DNA of 64,000 nucleotides from an uncultured Bdellovibrionales bacterium (lineage in GTDB: Bacteria; Bdellovibrionota_C; UBA2361; SZUA-149; DAOLCO01): positions 12,088 to 76,087 of the forward strand of contig CAYGUX010000007.1 of NCBI GenBank assembly GCA_964353175.1, written 5' to 3'. Positions 43,170-52,841 of this stretch are shown piece by piece; positions within the stretch are counted from its first letter, which is position 1; the number at the start of each line of letters is the position of its first letter. The notes under the pieces were generated by a model. That model saw nothing but the letters and a program-made list of their open reading frames with translations, made no database searches and was not told the DNA's origin. The position numbers and the translations under genes are program-made.

Positions 43170-45062
43170 ATGAATAAAAATGAAGATGGTTTTGCATTAT
43201 TAGCAGTACTACTATTGGTCACAGTACTCCTCGCACTATTTAGTACCTACATGGTTGTGACTAAAACTGAACTAGGAATAGTAAAAACATCTCGTGATAG
43301 TGCAAGTGGATTTAATGCTGCAGAATCGGGATTAAACCTTAGAGCGGAAGAAGTAAAAAACATATTTCTTGACTATGACAAGCCAGACGGAACTTCCCCT
43401 ACTTCCATAGAAGATTGTGACTCAGGCTCAACGGGTGAAGGAGATTATGAATGTAAATCCTATACCTTTGAAAATAAACATACTGCAGTTACCTATGTCG
43501 ATGAGGAAGCTAACAATCCCATCACTACAATAATTCCACCTGGAGAGCCTTTTGCTGGGCTGAACACTCAAGAATATAGATATACTGTACGCTCGGTTGG
43601 ACGAAATAATCAAATGAGCAATGAAGCTATATTAGATTTAACTTTTAAAAGTAGGTTAGTACCGCTATTTCAGTTCGCAATTTTTTTCCAGGATGATCTT
43701 GAGTTTTTTAATGGAGCAACCTTAACCGTTACTGGCCCTGTACATACGAATGGCAATCTCTACCTCGCGCCGCAAGATGGAGGTACCACAAATATAGATG
43801 GTCAAACTACTATAGCTGGTACTTTTTTTAGAGGTCAGAAGTCTCAATCAAGTTGTTCAGGATATCAAGGTACGGCTAGAGCAAAAAACCCAACATCATA
43901 CACCACCTTGCCCGCTTGTTCATCCAGCAGAACAGCAGTAACTAATGTTTCTGCATGGAATGGAAACATAGAGCTAGGTGTTGAACCTGTCACCGTTCCT
44001 TCCCCAGAGGATTTCGCTCCCTTTGGTGGGGGTGAATTTTGGGATAGAGCAGACCTACGTTTAGTTTTACGTTTAAATGCTGCAGGCAATCCTAACACCT
44101 CCATATCATCAACAGGTATTGAAGTAGTAAATGTTGATGGTAGTAGCGATACCGTCTCTACGGGGTACTTACATTCTAGTGCGAATTGTGGTGGATTAGT
44201 AAGAACTGGTGCTGGCCCCTTACTTTCAATAGGAACCCAAGGCCCCGGAACATCGGGGAGCCAGCTTAGATTGTTCAGAGAATACCAATCTAATAGCACA
44301 ATTAATAGCTATCAAAGAACACTCGAAGTTGATATGCGAGCGCTACTAAACTGTATAAAAAAATATCCAGAGATTATGGGCGGTAGATTATTAAATGATG
44401 ATACTGAAGATGGATTAGTATTTCACTTAACTATAGATGGCCCGTTGAGTGGGGCTAGCCAGAATAATTATAGCGTTAGAGTTAGAAATGCCTCCACTCT
44501 TCAATCCAATCTGGGTGGCGCTCCAACGGTAAAAGGACTAACTTTGGTTACAGACCACGGTTTGGTTGTATGGGGAAATTACAATTCAGTCGTAGCAAGT
44601 TGGATTCCTTCGGCTCTAATGGCTGATACCCTCTGGCTATTATCAAATAGCTGGACTGACAGCGATAGCAATATTTCGGCAGTATATGATAGAGATGGGT
44701 CAGCTACTACTGTTAGAGCAGCCGTGATAAGTGGCATAAGACGAACTGGGAATGCAAATGGTGCAGCAGGAGAAGATCACGGAGTGGACACCAACGGTGG
44801 TGGTGCGATTAACGTGTTTAGATTTAATGAATGGTTTAGAGTAGGAACAGTAATCCCTGACTTTACCTACGAAGGGTCAATAGTAAGTCTCGGCGCGCCT
44901 TTAAAAAGTCAATCTACCTGGGGACCTTTTACGTATTATAGTGCTCCCAATAGAGTCTGGTCTTATGATACGAGATTCAATGATGCAGATTTACTACCTC
45001 CGATGACACCAGTTTTTGTTTACTTGCAACAAGAACTTTTTGTAAGAGATTATGAACTTTAA
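43170..45062 (+). CDS. PilX_N-domain protein (PilX/GspK-like pseudopilin lacking Glu at mature-protein position +5) with an unusually large ~560-aa C-terminal extension
   Basis: N-terminus GFALLAVLLLVTVLLALFSTYMVV...AAESGLNL matches the PilX N-terminal domain. It is the last gene of the pilin operon. Confidence 0.7.
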   Translation: MNKNEDGFALLAVLLLVTVLLALFSTYMVVTKTELGIVKTSRDSASGFNAAESGLNLRAEEVKNIFLDYDKPDGTSPTSIEDCDSGSTGEGDYECKSYTFENKHTAVTYVDEEANNPITTIIPPGEPFAGLNTQEYRYTVRSVGRNNQMSNEAILDLTFKSRLVPLFQFAIFFQDDLEFFNGATLTVTGPVHTNGNLYLAPQDGGTTNIDGQTTIAGTFFRGQKSQSSCSGYQGTARAKNPTSYTTLPACSSSRTAVTNVSAWNGNIELGVEPVTVPSPEDFAPFGGGEFWDRADLRLVLRLNAAGNPNTSISSTGIEVVNVDGSSDTVSTGYLHSSANCGGLVRTGAGPLLSIGTQGPGTSGSQLRLFREYQSNSTINSYQRTLEVDMRALLNCIKKYPEIMGGRLLNDDTEDGLVFHLTIDGPLSGASQNNYSVRVRNASTLQSNLGGAPTVKGLTLVTDHGLVVWGNYNSVVASWIPSALMADTLWLLSNSWTDSDSNISAVYDRDGSATTVRAAVISGIRRTGNANGAAGEDHGVDTNGGGAINVFRFNEWFRVGTVIPDFTYEGSIVSLGAPLKSQSTWGPFTYYSAPNRVWSYDTRFNDADLLPPMTPVFVYLQQELFVRDYEL

Positions 45063-45715
45063 GGACTTAATCTCTCTTTAGTCCAGAACTCACCCTCTAG
45101 AGAATATCTAATACGATCATGAAGGCGGCCTACTCTACCTTGCCAGAACTCTAATGAGACCAAATTGATTTGGTATCCACCCCAATGAGCAGGTCGATCA
45201 ATCTCTTGATCTTGAAATGCTTCTTGAAACTTTCTATAATTCATTTCTAGAGTAGCTCTATTAGAAACAACCTCCGACTGCCTAGAAGCATATACCGCAA
45301 TTTGAGCATCTCTCTTACGTTGTGCGAAATAAGAGTTGCTTTCAGCATAATGAAGCTTTCTTACAACTCCTTCAAAGCGCACCTGTCTTTCCAGTTCTCC
45401 CCAGTAAAAAACACCAGAGCAATGCGGATTACTTAACAACTCCTTACCCTTTCTACTCTCATAATTGGTAAAAAATGTGAGCCCTAAATCATCTAAGTTC
45501 TTCATAAGTACAAAACGCACAGATGGTAGATTATTCATGCAAGTTGCTAATGCAAACGCATTAGGCTCAACACCACCAGCTCTTACAATCTCACCATACC
45601 ACTCATTGAACAAGTCTATAGGATTACCTTGAAGAGTATTCTCATCTAGAACTCCAACTTGATATTCTTTTCTTTGATTTTGGAATCTGTCACGATTTGG
45701 CATAGGCTCACGCAT
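45059..45715 (-). CDS. pdxH: Pyridoxamine 5'-phosphate oxidase
   Basis: 218 aa. The RFVLMK...FFTNY.S.KG..L..NP and C-terminal WGGY motifs are present. Confidence 0.9.
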   Translation of the reverse strand: MREPMPNRDRFQNQRKEYQVGVLDENTLQGNPIDLFNEWYGEIVRAGGVEPNAFALATCMNNLPSVRFVLMKNLDDLGLTFFTNYESRKGKELLSNPHCSGVFYWGELERQVRFEGVVRKLHYAESNSYFAQRKRDAQIAVYASRQSEVVSNRATLEMNYRKFQEAFQDQEIDRPAHWGGYQINLVSLEFWQGRVGRLHDRIRYSLEGEFWTKERLSP

Positions 45716-45741
45716 TAACTAATTAAATTTTACTAAAAAAT

Positions 45742-46407
45742 TTAGTGATTGAACTTGAATTTAACAAAATTAATTTCCTTGCCCTGATGTCTAAACAATC
45801 CCTCAAATTCAGTGCGAATACCTTCGTCTCCTTCCAATCCATCTGGTAAATTCAGATTCTTATCTACCTGAAGATAACGCTTATCCTCTGAAACATCCTC
45901 CAGAAAACTCAAAAAATACTCTCTATGATCTGTTTTGACTGAGACTACTGCATTCGACAAAAGAACCTTAGGTAAGATGTTAAAAAATTTAGCAGATAAA
46001 ATCCTGTGCTTCAACCATCTCTTCTTATCCCATGGATCGGGGAAGTTTATAAAGACTTTTTTGACAGATCTAGGAGGTAATAAATCTGCTACCAATTCAC
46101 TCCGCCCTCTAAAAATCAGCATGTTTTCTAGATCTGGCTCTTTTTCTATTGTTCTTACAGCGCGCTTAAAACGAATTTCAAATCCCAATACTAAACACTC
46201 GGGATACCTTTTTGCAAGCTCAATTAAATGATGACCAGAACCCGATCCAAATTCGACTATTAGTGATCTACCTTTTACAATACCAGATAGCAAAGCTTTA
46301 TCAGCTTCCGTATCAAAGCCAGGTAAAATCTTACCTGGGTAGTCAAATAATTTTTTTAAGAAAGGATTAACCTTAGAGTTAATCCTTCTAAGCAATTTCT
46401 CATCCAC
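45742..46407 (-). CDS. trmB: tRNA (guanine-N7)-methyltransferase
   Basis: SAM-binding EFGSGSGHHL. Length and motifs (FPDPW) match TrmB. Confidence 0.9.
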   Translation of the reverse strand: MDEKLLRRINSKVNPFLKKLFDYPGKILPGFDTEADKALLSGIVKGRSLIVEFGSGSGHHLIELAKRYPECLVLGFEIRFKRAVRTIEKEPDLENMLIFRGRSELVADLLPPRSVKKVFINFPDPWDKKRWLKHRILSAKFFNILPKVLLSNAVVSVKTDHREYFLSFLEDVSEDKRYLQVDKNLNLPDGLEGDEGIRTEFEGLFRHQGKEINFVKFKFNH

Positions 46408-46418
46408 AAATTTTATCT

Positions 46419-46868
46419 CTATGGTGCATCTGATTTAGAGTAAGGAAGGACCGATGGTACCGGTACAGGAGTTGGAGTAGCTTCCTTAACTTCTTGAATT
46501 TCCTTTAAAATTCTATTCTTCTCTGAAATTGTTCTTCTTCTTATCTTCTCAGCTTCTTGTTTTTCCTTTTTGGCGGAATTTAAACTTGCTATGGACGAAT
46601 TTTTTTGAGCTATAATAGAAGCTTCAATTGCCCTCACTTCCTTTAATACTTCCCTACTTTCAGACAACTGGGTCTCAGACTTTTTTAACAACTGATAAGA
46701 TTGAGCCAACATGTTTTTTACTGAGGAATCACTATCCTTAAATACTTGAACATCAGGAGTATCATCAGGCAATGCAGGCGCACAACTTGACGTTGTCATA
46801 CCAATTATACATATTATAAATAATATTCTACTAGTCATACGATTCCTAAAAAATTGAGGTTCTTCCAA
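46419..46868 (-). CDS. Hypothetical coiled-coil (lipo)protein
   Basis: N-terminal hydrophobic segment with Cys, followed by Lys/Glu-rich coiled coil. Confidence 0.4.
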   Translation of the reverse strand: MEEPQFFRNRMTSRILFIICIIGMTTSSCAPALPDDTPDVQVFKDSDSSVKNMLAQSYQLLKKSETQLSESREVLKEVRAIEASIIAQKNSSIASLNSAKKEKQEAEKIRRRTISEKNRILKEIQEVKEATPTPVPVPSVLPYSKSDAP

Positions 46869-46923
46869 TTATGTATTAGCAGAAGATCCTTAAAAACCCA
46901 ATAGTTGAATTCCTAAGGAATAA

Positions 46924-47574
46924 TTGGACCATCAAATGCCCTTTACACCCCCGCTAAATAAGCAAATATTAGATTGTAGTAAGTTGATTCTACTTCCTCA
47001 ATTAAGTACCAAAGAGACTCTAATGAAGGCTAAACCTAACTACTTTAGAACAGCCCCTAAATTATTTGATTGTTTTAGTCCGTTAATTGGTCGCGAAGGC
47101 GAACTTCTTCTCTCTCCATTTCTGGGCTATGTGGGGATCTGTACCGTTCTTGAACAAATTCTCAAACAATCTACTAATATGCCTACTGTATTTTTTTATG
47201 GCACATGTGGTGCTATAGATATTAGTGGGCTAACACTGGGTTCAATAGTTTCACCTAATTCTTTCTATATTGAGGAGCCCTTAGATACTATTTCATTGGT
47301 AAACCAAGGATCCTCAAGCCAAAACATTCTAAGTACATCCTTCATCTTAGATGAAAGTATGGAGAAATTTGCTAGGTTATATAAGAAGCACAAGATAAGC
47401 CTAGTCGATATGGAAACAGCTTATATTGCAAGGCAATGCTTGAAATATTCCGTCGAATTTACTGCCACCTTATTGATTAGTGATATGTGGACACAAGGTG
47501 ATCATTCCCCTGTACCCCATAAGATTAGTTCCCTAATCAACTATCAGGACTTTATTAGTGGGATTATAAATTAA
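46924..47574 (+). CDS. PNP/UDP-phosphorylase-family nucleosidase (MTA/SAH nucleosidase- or futalosine hydrolase-like)
   Basis: FFYGTCGAI, VDMETAYIARQC and LLISDMW blocks resemble MTAN-family motifs. The N-terminus is atypical. Confidence 0.5.
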   Translation: MDHQMPFTPPLNKQILDCSKLILLPQLSTKETLMKAKPNYFRTAPKLFDCFSPLIGREGELLLSPFLGYVGICTVLEQILKQSTNMPTVFFYGTCGAIDISGLTLGSIVSPNSFYIEEPLDTISLVNQGSSSQNILSTSFILDESMEKFARLYKKHKISLVDMETAYIARQCLKYSVEFTATLLISDMWTQGDHSPVPHKISSLINYQDFISGIIN

Positions 47575-47631
47575 ATCCAATAAGGGTTCTACAAGTGGCC
47601 TACTCCTTGCAAAATAACCTCTATTAGGTGG

Positions 47632-48660
47632 ATGAAGTGGATGATTGTTGATGAGGCAGGAGGCAAACAAGAGAAACGCGGGAGAAAATTTATGTCAGTA
47701 ACAGCAGCAACCGAAAATAGTTCAACGAACAAACCCCTTGAAATTACGAGCAATTCCTCGATAGATCAAGTTCAAACCGTCCAGGATACAGAAAATTCCA
47801 GTGGTTCAAGTTTCGACGATTTCATGAAAAGTGCCCTAGGAGCTACAGGGAAAAATCAGGTAAGTGAGGAGGAATTATTTGCCTCCTTAATAGAACAAAG
47901 ATTAAATGAGCTTTCACCAGAAGCTGCCTCATTCTATGCAGGTGAAAGGACAAAATTACAAGCTAGCATGACCAAACCCAACGGATATGTTCCTGTTGAG
48001 GAAGCAGCTCTAAAAGCTCTAAACTCGACAGTAGCAAGTGGTCAAATCACCGAAGAAGATGGCGCCAGAATCAATGGTGAGGCCTTTGCCGGAGCACAAC
48101 TTGATGATGATTTAGAGAACCTATTTGATGACAGGGGTGGCGACGGTGATACTACAATCGCTGTCGCTTCAATTGATGAAGCAATGGCGAAACTTAAACT
48201 ATTCATGGATGGCATGAAATCGGGAACTCTCACCAGCACTGATCGACCACTAAGTGCAGGAGCAACGGGAGGCCAACTTACCAATAGTGGCGGCTCTTCT
48301 GAAACGGGAGGGATACCAGGTTCAGGTTCGTCTATCTCAGGTAGTCAAGCCATAGATGGATCAGGCGGATTTGTTTGGAAACCGGTATCTGAATCCGACG
48401 GAAATTTAGTTGTATTGCTTCCAACCGAGCTAAAAGGACTCATTAGTAAAGTAGAAATACATTCTTCTTTACCACCAAGTGAGGCAAGCAAATTAGCAGA
48501 AGGGAAGTTCTCAGGAGATGATGATAATGGGGAAAGACCTCATTACAGATTCCCTAATCCTGGATCTGAATATGGAGATAATGTTCATGTCGTTGGGTAC
48601 AAAGATGATGGTACTACCGTTACATGGGAAATTGGTAATGGTGGCCAAAGATACGACTAA
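47632..48660 (+). CDS. Hypothetical Gly/Ser-rich protein with a C-terminal domain shared with the 33407..35623 FG-GAP protein; the true start may be the internal Met at ~47692
   Basis: The C-terminal GFVWKPVSESDGNLVVL ... NGERPHYRF block parallels GFVWKPISEGDGKLVVL ... NGNRPTFR in the FG-GAP protein. Confidence 0.5.
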   Translation: MKWMIVDEAGGKQEKRGRKFMSVTAATENSSTNKPLEITSNSSIDQVQTVQDTENSSGSSFDDFMKSALGATGKNQVSEEELFASLIEQRLNELSPEAASFYAGERTKLQASMTKPNGYVPVEEAALKALNSTVASGQITEEDGARINGEAFAGAQLDDDLENLFDDRGGDGDTTIAVASIDEAMAKLKLFMDGMKSGTLTSTDRPLSAGATGGQLTNSGGSSETGGIPGSGSSISGSQAIDGSGGFVWKPVSESDGNLVVLLPTELKGLISKVEIHSSLPPSEASKLAEGKFSGDDDNGERPHYRFPNPGSEYGDNVHVVGYKDDGTTVTWEIGNGGQRYD

Positions 48661-48720
48661 GGGTATTGGAAAAACTTCTCTAGTGCATTCAGATAAGTGG
48701 TGCACTAGAGACGTAAATAA

Positions 48721-49932
48721 CTAATTCCTACGGCCGCTCTGCCTGTACCCACGATATCTACCTTGAGCCTGTTTGCGTGCTATTACTTCCCCACTTAAAT
48801 CAGCTTTATAAAGATGCTCCTCTACTACAGAGACACTTCTTTTTATAGTTTTTTCTATGTCTCGTAAATATGCTACTTCCTCACCATCACAAAACGATAT
48901 AGCAATACCACTTTTCCCAGCCCGTGCAGTTCTACCTATTCGATGAACATAACTCTCTGGTACGTTGGGTAGTTCATAATTTATTACGTGAGTAATGCCA
49001 TCTACATCAATTCCTCTTGCAAAAATATCAGTAGCAACCAAGACCCTAATCGTACTAGTTTTAAATGCTTCCAATGCTCTCTGCCTCGCACCTTGTGATT
49101 TATTCCCATGGATTGCTGCGGAATGTATCCTATTCTTGGTCAATTGTTCTGCTAACCTATTCGCACCATGCTTAGTACGAGTAAACACTAATGCTCTGTT
49201 AATATCCTTATCCTTAAGAATCTCTATTAATAAAGAGCGTTTATCTTCTTTATTAACAAACATTACTTTCTCTTCAATTCGCTCAGCTGTTGAGGAAACT
49301 GGGCTAACCGCAATTTGTTTAGGATTTCTTAATATCGTTTGCGCCAAAGTATCTACTTCAGAAGGCATGGTTGCTGAGAATAACAAAGTTTGTCTATCCT
49401 TGGGAATCATCGGGATGATTTTTCTTACATCCCTAATAAATCCCATATCAAGCATTCTATCAGCTTCATCTAAAACAAATATCTCAACATGGCTTAGATC
49501 AATTTCATTTCTTTGCGCTAAATCTAATAATCGGCCTGGTGTTGCAATCAATACATCCACCCCATTTTTAAGCGCCCTAATTTGAGGACCTTCAGAGACG
49601 CCACCATAGATAGTTAATGATTTAAGTTTTAAAAATCTCCCATAAGACTTAAAGTTATCACCAATTTGAATAGCCAGCTCCCTAGTTGGTGTTAATATTA
49701 AAGACCTTGCTTCCCTTGGTCTGGGTCTCTGATAGCTTTTAGTAAGAATTTGTAACATCGGCAAAGCAAAGGCTGCTGTTTTACCTGTACCTGTTTGAGC
49801 TAGCCCTATTAAGTCTCCACCTTCAAGGAGATAAGGTATCGCTTGCTCTTGAATGGGCGTTGGGGATTCATATCCCTCTTCTATTAGAGATTTCTGAATA
49901 GGTTCTAATAGATCTAAGTCTTGGAATTTCAT
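48721..49932 (-). CDS. DEAD-box ATP-dependent RNA helicase (RhlE-like)
   Basis: Q-motif, Walker A AQTGTGKT, PTRELA, DEAD, SAT and the HRIGRTAR motifs are present. Confidence 0.92.
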   Translation of the reverse strand: MKFQDLDLLEPIQKSLIEEGYESPTPIQEQAIPYLLEGGDLIGLAQTGTGKTAAFALPMLQILTKSYQRPRPREARSLILTPTRELAIQIGDNFKSYGRFLKLKSLTIYGGVSEGPQIRALKNGVDVLIATPGRLLDLAQRNEIDLSHVEIFVLDEADRMLDMGFIRDVRKIIPMIPKDRQTLLFSATMPSEVDTLAQTILRNPKQIAVSPVSSTAERIEEKVMFVNKEDKRSLLIEILKDKDINRALVFTRTKHGANRLAEQLTKNRIHSAAIHGNKSQGARQRALEAFKTSTIRVLVATDIFARGIDVDGITHVINYELPNVPESYVHRIGRTARAGKSGIAISFCDGEEVAYLRDIEKTIKRSVSVVEEHLYKADLSGEVIARKQAQGRYRGYRQSGRRN

Positions 49933-50130
49933 TTAGGTTTTGAAAAATTGTTTATTTATATTGATGACACTTAGTTATGATCACATCATCGGTATATGAG
50001 TGTTATAGTAAATAAATAAGTATCAATCGCATAACATATAATGAGCAGAGGACTTGATAGAATCTAACAAACCATATATTTACAGTATCTTAGTACACTT
50101 ATAGCCAACACATAGCAATAAAAAGATAAA

Positions 50131-50652
50131 ATGAAACAAGTAATCATAATAAACAGCGGAACTCTTAAATTAGCCCTTGTATCCAATGCGTTTGCCACAA
50201 AGTTTCCTGAACAGGAATTTGAGTTTTTCCCATTAGATGTATCATATAGTGGTTCAGATATTCTAAGTAAAGATGAGTGTTTATCGGTGATACGAAATTC
50301 CATTGGGGTAGCTCAAAAAGAGATTCCAAATGCAGACTATTATGTCATGATGCGGGGGCGATTCGAAGAGACTGCTAGCGGAATGGAGGAATGTGCATTA
50401 GTTGTCATTAGAAGTGCTAATAATCTAGAGTCTCATAGTCAGGCAGTCTCATTTCAAGTTCCAGATGAATTAGCTACCCTAGTTAGATCCGGAGTTAAAT
50501 TTGCTAAGGCCGTTGAGCAAACCTATCAAATAACAAATGTAAAAGATGGCACTGGATATTGCGGGTATTTAACTGACGGTATTGTAACAAAAGGAGACCA
50601 ATATTTTCAAGCCACAGTAATTGCTTTAAGTAGTTTAGATAAAAAAAGCTAG
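50131..50652 (+). CDS. Non-canonical purine NTP phosphatase (YjjX/DUF84 ITPase/XTPase family)
   Basis: ~170 aa. The C-terminal GIVTKGDQYFQATVIALSSL aligns with YjjX ...[20 protein letters not shown], and the overall pattern matches. Confidence 0.75.
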   Translation: MKQVIIINSGTLKLALVSNAFATKFPEQEFEFFPLDVSYSGSDILSKDECLSVIRNSIGVAQKEIPNADYYVMMRGRFEETASGMEECALVVIRSANNLESHSQAVSFQVPDELATLVRSGVKFAKAVEQTYQITNVKDGTGYCGYLTDGIVTKGDQYFQATVIALSSLDKKS

Positions 50653-50653
50653 C

Positions 50654-51091
50654 CTAGCCCGCACTTTGCCCTTCTAAGATCTGTAGAATTTTATTGATTC
50701 GACCACCAATCACAAGTTTATCCTTAACGATACTTATAGGCACTGGGCCATTCGCTTGTCCATAAACTTTTTGATATAGTTGATGCGCACCTCTATCTTT
50801 CTCTATATCCAGAGCAATGAACTCCTGACTATTCGCGATTAAGTCGCGCTTCAATGCCTTACAAACACCACACCAGGAAGTTTCAAAAACTAACAGTGTC
50901 GGTGTATCTTCATTCTTATGGTAATAGCTATCCCTGATTTCAGTAAGGACTACTGGATCAACCTCTCTAGCACTATCAGAACTTAAGAACTGCGTATTTA
51001 GCATTAAATAACACGCGATACCAAACACGCAAATTCCAAAGAGAGTGTCAAAAGACTTAAAATGTTCTTTACTATTAGACTCATTCTGCAT
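50654..51091 (-). CDS. Membrane-anchored thioredoxin/glutaredoxin-fold protein (WCGVC active site)
   Basis: N-terminal transmembrane segment. A CxxC motif sits in a Trx-like context. Confidence 0.55.
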   Translation of the reverse strand: MQNESNSKEHFKSFDTLFGICVFGIACYLMLNTQFLSSDSAREVDPVVLTEIRDSYYHKNEDTPTLLVFETSWCGVCKALKRDLIANSQEFIALDIEKDRGAHQLYQKVYGQANGPVPISIVKDKLVIGGRINKILQILEGQSAG

Positions 51092-51126
51092 TACTTTAAC
51101 CTGATTATTACTTCCATGCTTAGTAT

Positions 51127-51714
51127 ATGTTTACCCTATCTCGAGAAGAAAAAAATAATCTTAGCATACATTTAAACATCGCTCTATCTATCTTATTTCT
51201 ACTTGGGATAGTTATAGGCATAGTTGGATATTTAAATATAAAAGCTAGCCTAGTTATTATTGGTAGCTTAATTTCATTAGGGCCAGTTATCTATCTAATG
51301 ATAGTAACTTTCAAGGAAGAAAAAAAGGCTAGGGAAGACCTACTAACACTCCCTCTTCAAGAGATAAAAGACCTTAAGGTCTCACTTGACAAGGCAGAGT
51401 TTTTCATTAAATCGTATTCAATTAAGGGCGAATTAAATTATAGTACAACTTCCAAAATTAACGCGACTAATCATCTTTCACTTGTTCGTCTAATTAATAA
51501 AATCAAAGAAAGGCTAGAAACTGTCGAAGACATGTTAAGCTCGAAGTCAATTAGCACCATAGAAAAGGGTACTGAACTTCTAAACTCTAGTATTTCTTTT
51601 CCACCAACAGATAATCAAAATTTAGAGGGGCATACGATGCCGGACGTACCTAAAACTTCTTGGATAGATTCTCTAAACTTTCTAATTAAGGAACTTGAAA
51701 AGAAAAGCCAATAG
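51127..51714 (+). CDS. Hypothetical two-TM membrane protein with a coiled-coil C-terminal domain
   Basis: ORF only; no family recognised. Confidence 0.35.
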   Translation: MFTLSREEKNNLSIHLNIALSILFLLGIVIGIVGYLNIKASLVIIGSLISLGPVIYLMIVTFKEEKKAREDLLTLPLQEIKDLKVSLDKAEFFIKSYSIKGELNYSTTSKINATNHLSLVRLINKIKERLETVEDMLSSKSISTIEKGTELLNSSISFPPTDNQNLEGHTMPDVPKTSWIDSLNFLIKELEKKSQ

Positions 51715-51719
51715 GTTAT

Positions 51720-52841
51720 CTATTGTAACCTTTCTAAATTCTCCTGAACGATTCGAGTATAGGGCAAAAAGATACTAGCCCTTTCAAACATATCTTTAGC
51801 CTTATCTCTTAAACCTTTCTTTTCATACACCACGCCTAGATTATTAATGGTGAACGCGTCCTTGTTATTTAATTCTAAGGCTCTTGCAAGAACGGACTCC
51901 GCCGCATCCATCTTACCAACTTTTGCCAAGACCCAACCATAGGCACCTAGAACATTACCATCATCTGGATACTTACTCTCAAGTACCTTAAATTCAGCTA
52001 AGCCTTTTTCGGTATCACCAGACTTTATGGCTAAAAGTGCGCTGAAAATTTGTTTCCTACCATCATTTAAATAATCAGAGGATCTAGTCAGTAATGCTTT
52101 AGCCTCCGACACTTCATCATTCGCCTCTAACAATGTAATCATCATCTCTATCAACTTAGCATCATAAGGTGAATGAAGAAGTGCAGGTTCTAAAATGTCT
52201 CTAGCCAATTGATATTGATCTCGCTTAATATACAACTGAACTAATGCTAAACTAGCTTGTGACAAAGTCGGATCCTTCCTGAGTGCGGTCTCTAAACTTG
52301 TCATTGCTTCATCTTCACGACCAAGTGCTACTAGCGCCATACCTAGATTGAAATATATACTCCCTACACCTGACTCCTCTTGCAGTGCTTGTCTAAGTAA
52401 TTCCTCTGACTCTTTATTCTTACCAATGGATAGGTACAGCACACTTAAACCCTGCAATAACTTCCAATCACCTGAATACCTTCCTATCGCATCTTTATAG
52501 GTATTTTCCGCTGATAGAAAATCTTTCTGGCCCCATTGCGAATATGCCACGCCTAGGACAAATTCCAATCTAGGTTTAAGTGAGTCGGCTTTACGAAATT
52601 TCTCCTCGGCTTCTTTAAATCTAGCATTATTTAAATAGAATCTACCGTACTCATAATATGCTTCTACTAACTTTGGGCATAATTTAATTGCCTCGTCCAA
52701 GCTACTAATAATTTCATCCTTACTTAATGTAGGTAAATTAGTTTGCCTTACAGACCTCAATGCTTGCATACAATCATCTGCCCTTATAGAGGGAACCATC
52801 CATAGAAAAAAAACAACCAAAATACTTCTTACTTTTCCCAT
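51720..52841 (-). CDS. Secreted tetratricopeptide-repeat (TPR) protein
   Basis: Signal peptide plus recurring W-LG-Y / A-F-A-P TPR periodicity. Confidence 0.75.
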   Translation of the reverse strand: MGKVRSILVVFFLWMVPSIRADDCMQALRSVRQTNLPTLSKDEIISSLDEAIKLCPKLVEAYYEYGRFYLNNARFKEAEEKFRKADSLKPRLEFVLGVAYSQWGQKDFLSAENTYKDAIGRYSGDWKLLQGLSVLYLSIGKNKESEELLRQALQEESGVGSIYFNLGMALVALGREDEAMTSLETALRKDPTLSQASLALVQLYIKRDQYQLARDILEPALLHSPYDAKLIEMMITLLEANDEVSEAKALLTRSSDYLNDGRKQIFSALLAIKSGDTEKGLAEFKVLESKYPDDGNVLGAYGWVLAKVGKMDAAESVLARALELNNKDAFTINNLGVVYEKKGLRDKAKDMFERASIFLPYTRIVQENLERLQ

